Origin: Botryllus schlosseri
Lineage: Eukaryota
DNA length: 64,000 nucleotides
Direction of reading: 5' to 3'
Assembly: GCA_051294905.1 (NCBI GenBank)
Contig: CM119371.1
Span: 6,512,001-6,576,000, forward strand
The notes beneath the pieces are model-generated. The model had not been told where the DNA came from, ran no database searches, and worked only from the letters and a program-made list of their open reading frames with translations. Below are positions 1-13,661 of this stretch, piece after piece; the stretch's first letter is position 1, and the number at the start of each line of letters is the position of its first letter. The position numbers were made by a program, and so were the translations under genes.

Positions 1-1090
1 TGGTCCTGTCTATATCAGGGGTGGCTCAGAATGTGGCCCGCAAGAGGGTTTAGCGTGGCCCGCGGGGTAATGTCCTTTTATATTATCGAAAATGAATTGC
101 TCAGATTGTGAACTTGTAATGCCAACCAAAAATTATATTTCTGGCTGCAATACTTGGGATGATGATGACTAAAATATCAGTTCTGACGCTTTGGTAGATC
201 CAGGGTCCAGTCACATTTTGAGTAAATCGTCGTACAATACAATAAACTAAAATAGTAGCGAAATTTTTCTTCACGCTTCGCAGGTTTAATTGTCACTCGA
301 TTTCTTGCTTGGTAGCCTGCCCCCTTCTGAAAATAAAAAAAACGCCTAATTTATCCGATGAGCCTAACTGTATTCCCAATTAAGGAAGAAAGTCTTTTCG
401 CGTTCGCGCTCGCATAAAATCGTTGACGGTGAAATGTAGGCACAAAATGATTGTCGCATATTATCGGAGACCTTCGATATCGATGTGTCCAGACGCCGAA
501 TAGTCGTGTCCTTACAAACTGAGCCTAGCAGGTGGTATACGATAGACCCGCAATACAATCCTAGTTTATTTATAAACTTTGAAAATTTTACCCGCTTTGC
601 GTGGCTAGTACACGCGCACTCGTTCGCCAATTTCCTGTGCCCCTTTAGCCGAAAAGGTTGGCCATTCCTGGTCTTTATAGATTACTAATCTACTAATAGG
701 TTAGTTATCTATAGTAACAACAGTAACATCCGATGTAGCAACAAAGACATAAAAGTTCCGCCGTGCCGGCTTGTGACTTCATACTGAATACTTGTCAATT
801 GTCGACAACATCATAGTTGCACTAGAACGCAATTTAATCCATGCCATTGCTGTGCACAGCATTAAAATTCAGGCCTGGTGTTCAATTATGATAAATCAAC
901 AGATGTGGTTGTTGCATATATAATAGCATCTTATGAAATAGGTCGGAACCGGAGCTACTCCTCAAATAACCGGCTCCAGCTCCGGCTCCAGCTCCGGCTA
1001 AATTTTATGTGGAGCTCCGGCTCCGGCTCCAGCTCTGGTGAAAACGCTCGGCTCCGGGGCTCCGGCTCCGGCTCCGGCTCCAAAGCCCTG
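1..1090 (-). mobile_element. Non-autonomous hAT-like element (partial; window starts inside it)
   Basis: Reverse-complement homolog of 44749-45986 over ~1 kb; ends in GGCTCC hexamer repeats and the TIR ...CTCCAAAGCCCTG at 1090. Confidence 0.85.
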
Positions 1091-1854
1091 ATGCCAACGA
1101 AATGGTTCAAAGGTATGCTATTTCAATGTCGTTGGTATAGGAAATGTATGTATGTTAGGGTTGTCATACGTCCGGAATTGCATTGAAAAAGCTGCGTCCG
1201 GGAGGATAAATTCTAAAATATACCTAAATGTCCGGAATTTTGAAGGCTTGAAGTGGGCTCAAAATCTTTTCGTAAATCAATATGAACAATAGTCTTTTAA
1301 AACGGATATGCTGGTCGATTTTTTATCCGCGCTGGGCGCGAGTTAATGCAACTAATATTGATAATTGTATGGGCACCAGGCACCGCCCTCGCCAAAATGT
1401 AATCAAAATAAATATAATTAACCATCATTTACTGAAATAAGTCGAATTGTAATCGCAATGCCTAGGCTGACGCAGGTGTGTGTCTGATTTCAAAGAGTAA
1501 TCAAAGTCGCCTTAACACCTTCCTATCTTTTCATTGTATCGCAGCTTTGCCGCGTTTTGTAATGATGAAAACACTGAGCTATATAAAATGATTTATAAAC
1601 TGATACTGATTTGCAACAAATATGGTAGGGTTACCAAAATACCTCCTCTTTTTAGACTTTTTTAAAAGTGGTGTCGGAGCACGCCCAAATGTCCTCTTTT
1701 TTGAGAAATTCTGGCAAAAGATAGGTTAAAATTCGACTGAAATATAGCAAATTAATACTCAAGTAACGTTCGGGGGGAGGGGGGTGGGTATTTTGGGAGT
1801 TGAATTGGAAAGTTGGCCTCTTCTTTATTTTTTTGAGTCAACTACGGAGAATAA

Positions 1855-4800
1855 GGGTGGATTGCACAGATGCCGATTGAAAAGTAATCACCGATTGCCT
1901 TAATCGGCGATAATTTAATCAGCGAGCAAGGTCACCTGGTGACTCTGTGGTACAGATACGGATTCGTCTGTGAGTTATCTTATCGCGGATTACTGACGCA
2001 AATCGACGCAAATGACGTACGTTAGCAATCAGCTGTTTTCGGTCGGTGGCGATATTAACTGTGTCGTCAGAAGGGAGAGATGCGCTCTTCATATATATGT
2101 ATGTTTAGTTGATGTCATGTGCATATAGCAGCTAACTAAACTGTTGCCACTGCACAGTGTAAGGTTATGAACGCCAGAACGCGTCAGAACAAACGTTTTG
2201 AGGTTATGAAAAGAGATATTGTAGGAATAGCACACCAAAATCATCGTCTTATACCGGTATTGCTATGCCAGAAACTCTACTACAAATTTCGTATATTGCA
2301 GGACATTTATCTCATTACTCAGGGATAAACTACGTCCTTTCCTTTCCTTCAGATAGATACTTTTCAGATAGAATTTTATTTTCCGTTTATTGGTGCATTA
2401 GTCATGATAGTCGCTTCACCAATGTGAAGATATACAAATTGAGTTTATACACACACATTTGCATACGATTTTGATTTCTCCATACCAATGACATTTGGCT
2501 CTGCAGGAGTGTAGAAGTAAATATCAGCCATTGCAAGGATCTAACCGTTGCGCAATGTGACGATGTTATTATATAATAAGTCATATGCATACATGTGCTC
2601 AAGTGCTGTACAAACAGTAATGCATTTATGTTACAATTTTGCAATGCAAAGTTATCTGCTGTATCCAGTTGAGTAATCTTGTTTGTTGACAGCCAAACCT
2701 CACTTCAGTTTATCAAGAATTTGGTCAACCATAAAATTCAATACAACCTGTTTTATAGAGAGCTAGCTACATTAATATAGTGCAATATCGACTGATAACA
2801 ATGGATCCATACCTCAATGTTCTTGCTACGGGCCAGATGTTACAGAGCCTAGCAGAAGAGAGAGAGTGCCAAGAAGATTGGTCAAAATCCATTGGAATAT
2901 ACCCTGGAGGTTAGCGACACCGATAATGTGACGGCACAACCGAGCACGACTTCAGCGCAGACAGATTGTTCAAAATCACTTCTCTGGAATGTCTTGAGTA
3001 TTTCATCTCGTGTTTGAACACCAATAACCACACATTCAATTCCTCGTCAATTATTTTTATTGCGAGATCCAGTAGCCTATGCTATAGTCAGAATTGGACT
3101 AGAAAATCAGATTTTCAAAATTAGACTATAATGAAAATTGTGGCTGCATATTTTTCCAAATTAGAATAGAATTATAGACACAGTAGTTATTTTTCAATTA
3201 AATTAGAATAGGGATTACTGAATATGTGGAAATTTGGAAATTGAATCTGCACAGCTCGCTTAGTATTGTAGAGTTCTACCAGTAGAATTTTCAGCAAAAC
3301 CAGAAATCAAGTTAGAATTATATTACTGGCATTTTGCACTTACTATTCTAATTATACAGCCAATTAACTAGTTGTCCAAGTCTGGTTTTTGTGCTATTTC
3401 GATTCGTTGCTGTATTTTCTCAATTTTGTAGTTCTTTTTCCATTTCCAGTTTCTGGTACTTGACATGCATCTGTAATTCAAAATATTTCATTCTGATATC
3501 ATGCTGCTCCTTTGCCATTTCCAGGACGCTCATTTCTGAACACCACATTTTGATCACCAACATTATAGTTAAAATATGATTTTTTTCATCAACACACCTG
3601 GCTCTCTTTTTGGAGACAATTGGCGTTGAGCTTTTTGTGTCGTCTGTTTCATCTTGCATATCTGAATGTAGTAATGAATAAACTGTGGGTTGCATCACCA
3701 TCATTGTATGCTAACACTTACCGGTCTGGTGTTCCATCCTGAAGTCTGTCGAGGGAATTGAAGGAAGCGTTACATCGCCATCAACAACGAAAAGGGCAGC
3801 AATTTCATTTGCTGCAAGAAAACTATGGTTAACAACAGTTGTATTGATTCCATAGAGTTCAAATTCAATAGAGCAATGTTAATGTCAATCAAAACAACCC
3901 GCAATGTTCCATTTGTGTGGCTATGTTTGTACCAACACGATTCATATGGATTTCAAATTAGTACCTCAACTTACCATCGCTGTTGTGACATGAAGAACCA
4001 GCCTCTGTGTTCACATCCTCGTCGATGATGAAGGTGCAAACTGAATCTTCGGAATATGCATCTGAACAAACATTTTATTTAAAAATTTCAGGTAGAAATA
4101 CATTAGAAAAGTTACTTTCAAATTATTTTTTCACGGTTTATCTTAACCTGGCGAAACATAGGAAGGATGGATGACCAAAATCATGACTTGACTCGAGTTG
4201 GAATAGGATGAATGGATTTGACTTGAATCACTGCTTCAATATGACATACGGTATGAGAAATCCTGACTCGAAGTCAAATCTTCAAGTCAAGTTGCAAGCC
4301 TAACAATAATAAGGCCAACGATACTGCTCAGGCACCTGCACAGTGGCAAAGCCAGACTGTTGCAAGTTGAAATTGGATGCAAGTTCCTCTGTCGTTGGTT
4401 GTAACATATTAAAAAAGTTTATGTCCTAAATGTACTCACCATTGTTCGTGTGACTATCAAATACGCAATCGTAGTCATACCGATGTTTCAAACATTCAAT
4501 TTGAGATGGAATAAGGTCTGAAAAGTGATAATAAATATACCAGTGCTATAAAAATCAATTGCGGATTGATCAAGGAGCGGTTCAGATTAAGAATTTGCTG
4601 AGCAGTGTTCCCCATGTGTCGTTTTCGTATAGCTGAAGACGTGCAGCAGTCTCTGGATATGGTTAGTTTGTTGGGAATTACAAAAAGACAATGAATCCAT
4701 GTTTCTCATGATCATCAAAATTTGTCTATTCAGTTCACAACGAGTGTTAAAACGTGAGTATGAAGCACGCAGAGAGTCACGATAAACACAGATGGAAACA

Positions 4801-5064
4801 ATATATCTCCTACTGCGAATTTTAAAGAATTGTCAGTAAAATTACCTATCGAAAACCTTTTCCAAGGAGTTCGTCAACTGGAGGTGGGCCAGTTTTGGCC
4901 CGTTCGACGCGTCGTGATGCATATAACTTTTTTGCTTTTCGTTTCAAATTTTTCAATACATTCTGGATTTGGCCAGTTGTACGGCTGCACGCGCAGGACC
5001 AGTATTCATAGCCGCATCTTTTTGCTTTGCCGTCAGTCTTTTTGTCTTCTTTGGTTTCAATATA
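1855..5064. mobile_element. Putative decayed PIF/Harbinger element
   Basis: Candidate left end TAA|GGGTGGATTGCACAGA at 1855. Plus-strand remnants resemble a Harbinger transposase N-terminus (R-x-PRR...NPLE, ~2803-2900) joined to its C-terminus (QRRQIVQNHFS, ~2953-2997), convergent with a Myb/SANT gene remnant. Right TIR not seen (possibly in the N gap). Confidence 0.4.
3420..5064 (-). pseudogene. Myb/SANT-like DNA-binding protein (Myb_DNA-bind_5/MSANTD type), spliced, apparently degenerate
   Basis: IETKEDKKTD...RTTGQIQNVLKNLKRKAKK...KTGPPP matches the Harbinger-associated Myb/SANT pattern, though conserved Trp residues are lost. GT..AG-bounded exon candidates at ~5064-4848, 4519-4440, 4063-3974, 3813-3721, then a coiled-coil last exon ~3661-3420. 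In-frame stop at the end of the first visible exon; the 5' end falls in the gap. Confidence 0.55.
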
Positions 5065-5164
5065 NNNNNNNNNNNNNNNNNNNNNNNNNNNNNNNNNNNN
5101 NNNNNNNNNNNNNNNNNNNNNNNNNNNNNNNNNNNNNNNNNNNNNNNNNNNNNNNNNNNNNNNN
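5065..5164. other. Assembly gap (run of N)
   Basis: 100 consecutive n. Confidence 1.
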
Positions 5165-5379
5165 GAGTGAGGCCAAAGAAAACGGTGTACGGAATAACGT
5201 ATTGTCATGATCCCGCGTTGATACCATTAACTGAAACCAACGTCGCTCGATAGATATGTGGTGATGACCTATTTCGAAATGAAGCTGGATGAACTAGACC
5301 AAAACTTTTGATGACACGATTTATAATTATGCATTGTGTGAAAATACGAGACAGCGCTCTCTTGCGGGGGTTAACACGA

Positions 5380-8300
5380 TTTTAGTCTTCATCCCACAGA
5401 AACACTGTATCGATAGCATCACTGTTAAATTTACTCGAATAACGATGTATCAAGATGGAGAAATATGACTGTTTGCGTTGTAGATCTACAAGTCTTCCGC
5501 CATCTATTCGCCAGATTGAATTCACCAAATCGATTCTATTGATCTCGCGATGCAAGGTTGGAGCCCCGTGAAAATTAATTTTCAATATATTATGTTGCAC
5601 AACATCGGTGAAATCATAATTAACTCTCATGGCAATGCGGTAATCGCTTGGGCTGCAACCTTGTTGTGTGAATATTACAGACAGTAAACTATCGACTGTA
5701 AAACATTTGTACAATTACAATTGTTTCGTATTAATGTCGGTGACCTCAAGCATACATGATGATAGACTTCCAGAACGAGGTAGAATCTATCAAGCTTTAT
5801 TTACATCCAGTTTTCCCACCATAACTGCACAAGCAACAATTTCTTCAAATACTTTGTATGAATGAGCTGAGCCACAGTGGAACACGCGGAATTTGTAACA
5901 TCACACACATTGTAACTTTTCGTATTGACGGTGTATCGACATGTAGGCATAGCTGAAGTTATATATTTATTCGTTCGTCGGTTTTGGTTTATTGCTTCAG
6001 GTGATTATCAGGATCTGGTGATTGAGTTTACCAAATTGACTTTCCGAGTTCGAAGCGGTAAGGATTGTATGCCATGTGAATTGGTTTATAAAGATTTAAC
6101 AACATCTTCCCTGCGCCGCAAAAAATCTCTATTATTGACGTGTGAGTACACTAACTGACAAGTGCACACTCGTGAGTTGTTAACATAAACTCAAAAACAC
6201 GTGTTCATCCATTTTCGAAGCTTGATCATGATCATCCAATGATCATTATTGCAACACAAGCATATACCGGTGTGTAAAACAAGAGAGATTGCTAATTCAG
6301 TCGTAATGCGTCTCGAAAATGCTAAGCACGAATCCTAACAAGTGAAGCACGGGGATGATATCGTAGATTGTAGCTTCACAGTCGTACACACACACAGAGA
6401 GAGACACAGAGAGATCACACACAACCATATTTTACCGCTCGGTCACCAACTATAACGACTGGAATTCGGTTCACATGCTTCATCGTAATGAAAACGGCGT
6501 ACCCACCAAACACCTGAAGCCAATTATTGCTCTGATGTGAGTGCTATGCGCGATCTATTATTGGTCTGCTGATCACATCGAAACCTGCAGTATATCGCCG
6601 AGTATAGTTGCCGGTAATATACTATTATGAGTGTGAGAAGGATTTGCACGTCTTATGCAGAGTACTGATTTGCTTTATCGCGTGGGTGAACACTGAACAT
6701 ATTGTTCATGTGATGAAACGAGATCATTATCCAAATGCAAATGTGTATATTACGCGTTCGGTCTAAAGCAACGCAAAAGAGATGGACCTTTTAGGAAATC
6801 GCGTTGTATACCTCGTTCTATGCAACTTCATAGAATACCACATGCAAATAGAATCGAAATATCTCAACTCTTTATGCATTTTGTCAAATCGGCACAATTT
6901 TTATATGGGTTCCTGCTATGCCATACACACTAAAATCATAAACAGGTCTCAATGATATTGATGTCATATTGATATCAATAAAAATAATTATTAACTGTAG
7001 CTGTTCAACAAAATCATAATATTGGTTTCAACGAGTAATTACTCTTATTGAGTTATGTGTTCGATGAAAATGATGGATTGCACACTTGTGCTTCAGGGTT
7101 GGTGAAGAAAATTAAATATTCAACATCGTGAAAGCTTGTGATAAAATAAAGGTAATACATTCGTGGTTTAAATTAGGTTGTGACTGTGACGCTTTGATGT
7201 ATGCTTTAATCCACATAGGGACTTGACGCTCAAGAAACACTTTCACGTTGTTCACCAGTTCAATTAACACAACATAAATACTGTACTACATACTGTTGTA
7301 CGATTTATCGCGAGTGTGTAAATGATACTCAACATTTTTTTCAAACGAAACTGTCTTCTGGTCGTTTTGACGCGAAGACAATCATCAGATAACTCTCTAC
7401 GTTCCCTTAGTAAAGTAACTTGTTTTGTGTGTTAGGTTTGTAAGTTATGAGTCGAATACATAGCTAGGCCTACTCTTTTGTAGAGATGACTCCGATTACA
7501 TTGACAGATCTGTCAACCAGTGGCTATAATGGCTTTTGTTTCACAAAAATGCCGACGTGAGTGTAAAATGATAATTTTAGGACCATGTACATGAATGTTA
7601 TCCGTCGCGCTAAACCTGAAACACCACATTCTTCGTGTAGGTGTATATCATGGTTGTCGGTATTAGTTTATCCACCCAAAAATCATGCTTCAAAATACTC
7701 CCATGGAAATTTAATATTACGATAACTGAATTTTGTAGGATCACAGGTTCTGGTATAGGATACAGTGTTTTCAACTCATCAAGTCGCGTATTAGTTGTCG
7801 TTAGTATGAACTATTATTGTGAGTGACAGGATTTGTGTGTCTTACGCAGAGTGTTGATTTTATTTAACAGGAGAGTTCATATGGGAACAAGGTAGCTGTC
7901 AAACGCGAATGGAGAAAGGTATGCGGATCAGCTTTATAACCAACCAAGCAACGGTTTTGCAATATTGTAATATAGAGTATACAAGACTATTTAGAGACAC
8001 ATACATTATTCTGTACCTTCGTCGTTGTGACCTAAATAACTACTTGTTATAAAAATAAGTTGAGTATGACAATTCGTATCTGTCGCAGTTGAATGTTTAA
8101 CCTTTTCGAAATGAATCCGAATACATTGACAACATTCGAATACAGAGGAGAGCGTTAGCCATTGAGCGTGTTTTGTATGAAAGTCATTTCCAACGCGCTT
8201 ACCTCGATCCGAATTAATTCCGTGTCATACAAAACATGAATTGTATTAATTACCGACGGTATCACGAAACTAAAAACCTAACAAGCTATAATTTAAGTCA

Positions 8301-11300
8301 TTCGTTTGCCTGTGCTTTAGGTATAGATCAAGGGTTCTTAACCTGTACTCTCCGGCGCCCCTTTCAAAAAAATGCCTGGGTCTGGCGGCCCTATTTTAAG
8401 GACTGTAGTAAAAACAATGGGTAAATGGTGTAAGTCCGGTTTCGGGTTGGGAACCATCGATAGCAGAAAGTAATCGTATTTAATGTTAGTGTTAAGATAC
8501 CAAGACACTAGTCAATAGAATTATTAACGTAATGTACTTCAATAGCTGTTGAAGTCAATCAGACATCTGTGGTCGATCAAAGTTGTGGACAAGTTCTTTG
8601 AACTCTGGCTGCATGTTAGACGCACAAATCCTTAGTAAAGACTGTACGTGAGCATAAGTTAGATTGGAACGTCTTGTTAATGTTTATGATCGAAAATGTT
8701 TCACGCAAATCCATGCAGATTTGTGTAGCGGGGCACATTGTCATGCAAGACAGGTATCTGTCAGTGGCGAGTTAGCGCAGTGGTATAATCACCGGCTACA
8801 ACACCAGTGGGTGCGGGTTCGAGCCCCGACCTAGGTCGACTTCTGAATTTCGATACCTAAGTGTTGGAGGTTTACCTAGGCTCCTCCTCGCCACCACATC
8901 CGTGTCAGCGGTGTCTTACAAAAGCCTAGAGGTTGGCCGTGGTATAAGTCGGCAGTTACGGAAAATAAGAATAATATCGGCCTGGTGTAAATGACCATCG
9001 TAGTCGACAAACACCACGGATACCCCAAAACAAACAAATCAGGTATCTGTCCGCGGAGCGCTCAAAATCACGTCGCGGGGCGGATCCAACAAGTTGCTAA
9101 ACTAATCGAATTAGTGTTACGAAATCAAGTTCTTTTAATGATTCGAATTTTGTGAAGTTAATTATTTTCGTAGATAAAATGGAAAAAGTATGTGTCGGTG
9201 GATCGAGAACACATTAACCGGATTTTGGAGTAGTCGATATTACGATTTATTTGATGTTTGGTATTCTACATATAACTCAAGTCTATCCGACTAGGCTCAA
9301 CGTTGCAAACATATTTCTATTTGCTTTCGTGGTGATCAAAGTGTCTTTTAAAACTTTAGCACGCTGGGTAGAGAGGATGTAACGAAATTAAGTATTAATC
9401 AATCAGTGGTATGCAAAATCAAGTTAATAATTTATTTCGACCAAAATTTTTATGTACCTTTGGTATCTTGTAAATAACTGTTTAATATGAAGATGGCAGT
9501 GTGGGATAAGCATTTGCGTTATGGGAGTGAGTAAAACGGACCTTGAATTTGATCTGACCAAAATCAACCTCACGTCACACAAAAACCTCAATTATATTAT
9601 AAGTGTAATATCGAATAAATTCCTATTGTGTTATATGATTTTCGATATCGAAAAAATAACAACACAGCGATTAATAATTTATGTTGGTCGGTGCTTTAGG
9701 TGTTGATTGATGAATTAGAGTAAGTGATATTTTGGATATGCGCACTAAGTTGAAAACTGCCCTGCTTCTTTGTATCGCTGAATTTAGCTATGTGTGAGTA
9801 AATTGGTAGTAATTCAATCATAACTCAAATTCATATTAACCGAAAAATACCTTTCGGTGATTTGGATCTTGTGATAATATTTGGTTCCATTACTGCGAGT
9901 GAACAGTGATACAAAACACCAGATTACCAGATTCACCATATTACGGTGTACAATTCCGATTTCTTTGATGTTCCGAGTTCAACATATAAAACAATAACTT
10001 TACCCAACTAGTTTAAGCATAATCCCAACTTTGTGAAATCGCTGTATCTCGCCATATTTTACATTGAGCGTGTTGGATGGTGCTGCGAATGGACTCAAGC
10101 ACGATTCAAGCCACCATATGTCATATCTCACACGCTTCGAATAGCGATCATACGAACCGATGCACATTGCGATGTAACGACGCTATGAGTATCTGTTTAG
10201 CTTCCCGTCACAAGTACCGATAATATGACTTGTGTGAGTTGGTGCATTCGACATTCACTACAATGTAAGATGTGGTACACATTGAATCATTTTAATTGAG
10301 TACTGATCGGATCGTTGAATCTCGTGTTGGGAATAAATTGGGTAATATGTAATCCGTAAAGAATTTGCTCGCATTACGATATCTTACATTATAATACATG
10401 GATTCACTTGCGACAAAATATATCTCAATCTATCATTGGTCAGACATTCGCATCTCGTATACTCAATATACAACATGTTAATCTCAAAGTCACAATGTTG
10501 GATGTAATGAACATTTTATCAATCGCTTTTGCGTCTTTGCGATGATGGAAGTGTTTGTGATAAATCTGTAGACCCAGAATTTTACATTGGGAACATTATA
10601 TAGTACGAAAGAATTCAAGCAATATCCAACCCGCGACATGCAAAACCGGCCACACGCTATATGCTCGCGCAACTTTTATTTTATCGTACATACAACGGTT
10701 AAGTTAGACGGGAAGGTATAACTGGATATAACACATGGCGATCTGTCAGTAATTGGCCTTGTTAGGTTTTGTAAGATGTCGATATTTCGGATGCAATGGC
10801 GATAGCATTTTCCAATACTCAATTTTGACACGGGTAAAACAGATCACTGATTGAGTTGAGTTTCAAATCATTTTGTGAATTTTTTGACCCCTTGATACTG
10901 CAGTTTCAACTTTAGCCTTGATTATTGTAAACGATTAGGTTTGTGAAATATTAGCTGATAATCACATTATACCATTCTGAAATACAGCATCACGATATCT
11001 TGCAATATAACACTTGGATTCGCTTGACAGAAAATTAATTCACGCAATCTGTCATTGATCAGATATTCAAAAATCTGCTAGGATTTACCCAAGCTCAATC
11101 GCGACACGACAATAATCAGGTAGTTATGATCACGTTGACGCAAGCGCTCGATAGGCTGTTTCAAAAATCTATACGTGACATACACACGTGAAACAATATC
11201 CACATTCATGGCTTTCCTACAGCAGTGATTCGATACACTCGATAGGATAGTTGGGTGCTGAACGATTGTATTCGGTGTGTCTTGTGTATACGCTCACGGA

Positions 11301-11490
11301 TTGCTTCTAGTCCAACATGTTCCACGGGAAGCAATTCGCGTAGTGATTTCAGTCGACAGGATACCATAGTCATTTGTCTCCGCAGAATATGTAGGTCACT
11401 TCGCATTAAAACACCTGTTTTCAAAATCGATCGCGGGAAGCGCACAATAACGCTTTTTCGAAGCTCCATAGGCCGATTTTCGACCACTAG
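5380..11490 (-). mobile_element. Highly degenerate non-LTR retrotransposon remnants (L1/Tx1-like)
   Basis: Minus-strand translations give decayed RT motifs in the expected order: QASKMDEHVF (~6220, cf. KAPGxDG..EFY), AVMVGKLDVNKA/DR (~5800, cf. LDxxKAFDR), FTV..TQQGCSPS (~5660, cf. RQGCPLS) and VFLW. APE-like TFHH..KAIDKMFITS/SD near 10450-10560; ORF1-like fragments 10650-11490. Many stops and frameshifts; boundaries approximate. Confidence 0.5.
8763..9039 (+). mobile_element. tRNA-derived SINE family A, full length
   Basis: A box TAGCGCAGTGG, B box GGTTCGAGCC, CAAA-repeat tail, 12-bp TSD CAGGTATCTGTC (8751-8762 and 9040-9051); second copy at 34277-34515. Confidence 0.85.
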
Positions 11491-13289
11491 CTAGCTCAAA
11501 ATGCACTGTTTCTGACTTCCGAAATACAACATTCTCGTTTCCGGTATTTTACGAATCACCAGCGGCTATTTACACTACTGACGTTAAAGTGGTGACCGAA
11601 GCATATGCCCATTGCCCATGTGTCGGGATCTGAACGTAGAGATGGCCTCATCACACAAAGACTGAAATCTGGAAAGCAGATGAAATCCTTCATTACGAAA
11701 CAAGCTTTTAAAGTTTGTGCATACTAATACTCTGGTAGTGAATTCATATTCGAAATATATCTTTTTTCAATATAGAATTGATGTTTTTGTGTTTTCAATA
11801 TGGATTTGCAATTTATGTGCTTTTAATATGGAGTTGTCAGTCATGAGATCAATCACTACAAGCTTTTGGCATCATAGCCACTGCTTCAGTGCGTAATTTT
11901 ACCTAAAAACAGCCTAAAAATCAATAATTTGCTTGTAACTTTTTTTCTGTTCATTTTCAAGACAAAAGTTCTATGGAATTGAGATAGAAACTTGTTGCTT
12001 CCGCATCTTTTAAGCCCAAAACCAGCTTTCTAGCATAAGCGGTAATCAATATATAGCGAAATTAGCTATTTTTGGCTCGTTCGGTGCAATTGCACGACCA
12101 CTAGAGGGTGCACGAGCCCAAAATGATTGTAGAATTTTTTTTTTAATTTGGCACCACATATCAAGTGTCCGTTTTGAAATTCAAAATTTTCCATTTTTCA
12201 CTCCACCCTAATCCCCCATGGGCCTTCACCAGCATTTCAACAATCAATTGATCAATATTTTACACTCTTTTGTCAGAATCGACCAATGTCATCATGGAAT
12301 CAAAAATTGTCGTATCAATTATTGGCATTACTCCACGTTTGCTTGATTTTCTTGGCCTCTGTGCTCGCATATTTCCTATCATGGTGGCCCCGCAGTCGCA
12401 CGCCTCAGTCAGACGACTTCATACATTACTGGTATAATTAGTTCTGTTGGTACCGAACCGGGAAATGTTTCGACGCGACGCTTTTCTGTATCATTACGAG
12501 GGTCAGTCCAGCATGGTTGAAGTTCTCATTTCTCTTACTGATTGAAATCTTCTGCAGACAACTATCCATCCGGCTGCTCTCTGTCTTAAGTGTCTTTGGT
12601 GATCGATTACTGCAGGGGGATTCCCACGAAGTCAGTGGGGCATAACGGTGGTTAGTTATCTATAATATTCAGATAGACACGCCTACTGCCCTGTATGCAG
12701 TATGCACTATATGCAGCTTGGCCATTTATTTTTATAATTGACCGTCCTCACGTCTTTTATCGACTTCTCTTGACTCCCTGCCACCATGTTGTGACGTCAC
12801 GAAAATGGCCGATATTTTTTTACCTTCAATGGCCGATACCGATATTTCTCTTTAAGCGTGATATCGACTCGATATTATCGGCGAGCCGATAATCGGTCGG
12901 GCTCTAATCCCTAATAAATAATTAAAGAACTGGTCACCGTAAATACTATTTTATTCAAATCCAAATTTTTCGACGGCAATAACTCCGCTTCCACTGGTTG
13001 GAATTGAACAACATTTGATGAACATCGTTTCTTAGGGTTAGTTCGGATATCAATAATTTTCACTATCCTGATAACGGATATATCCGGACATAGGCGCCGA
13101 CTTACGAGGTTACGAGGCCACCTCGTACAAAATGCCCAAACGTCCAAGTGATTTGTGACCAATAATTAATAATCAGGCGAATCGACGCGACCTCGTTAGA
13201 GACGTCGTCGACTTCGATACGCGCGTGTGTCAGGCGTCGATTTACGAGAAGCATGTTGTCAAATAGTGAGAAGATTCTGTGATGATCTC

Positions 13290-13475
13290 GAAGATAGTGT
13301 AATGGTTATGCTTCCGGCTTCTCAAGCGGTAGGTCGTAGGTTCGATCCCCGGCCGGTCAAAGACTCGAAGGCGCTCAGCAATCACGGATAGCATGGAGGA
13401 GAAAAAACGGGGGCCAAAGCATCTCGATAGTGCAGGCGAGAAAGAATATCATATCTCTCTCTCTCTCTCTCTCTC
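13290..13475 (+). mobile_element. tRNA-derived SINE family B
   Basis: A box TAGTGTAATGG, B box GGTTCGATCCC, (CT)n tail; homologs at 56627-56872 (-) and a degraded copy near 34808-34910. Confidence 0.75.
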
Positions 13476-13661
13476 CCGCTGAGATGGTCACGAAATTAGG
13501 TCATTCGTTCGGATTCCCGTCGCTAGCCCGATTTATCGCGTCTCGAACAAACCTGCATCTGCAATAGGCCCAGTTCACACTATACCATCGCTTGCCTGCG
13601 CAATCGCATCTGTATTGGCGGCTTCGGCCTGGCGTACACGATATCATCGCTGGTATATACA

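Noticed and set aside
878..1186. GS/LR-repeat ORF
   Set aside because: Arises from GGCTCC subterminal repeats of a hAT element.
8763..8835. tRNA-like sequences (also ~13290, 34277, 51360-51424, 56820-56872)
   Set aside because: They have A/B boxes but no complete cloverleaf, and are followed by shared bodies and simple-repeat tails; they are SINE heads, not tRNA genes.
12230..12640. Possible piggyBac-like coding fragment (GNMRAQR) on the minus strand
   Set aside because: Single weak motif, no TIR/TTAA support.
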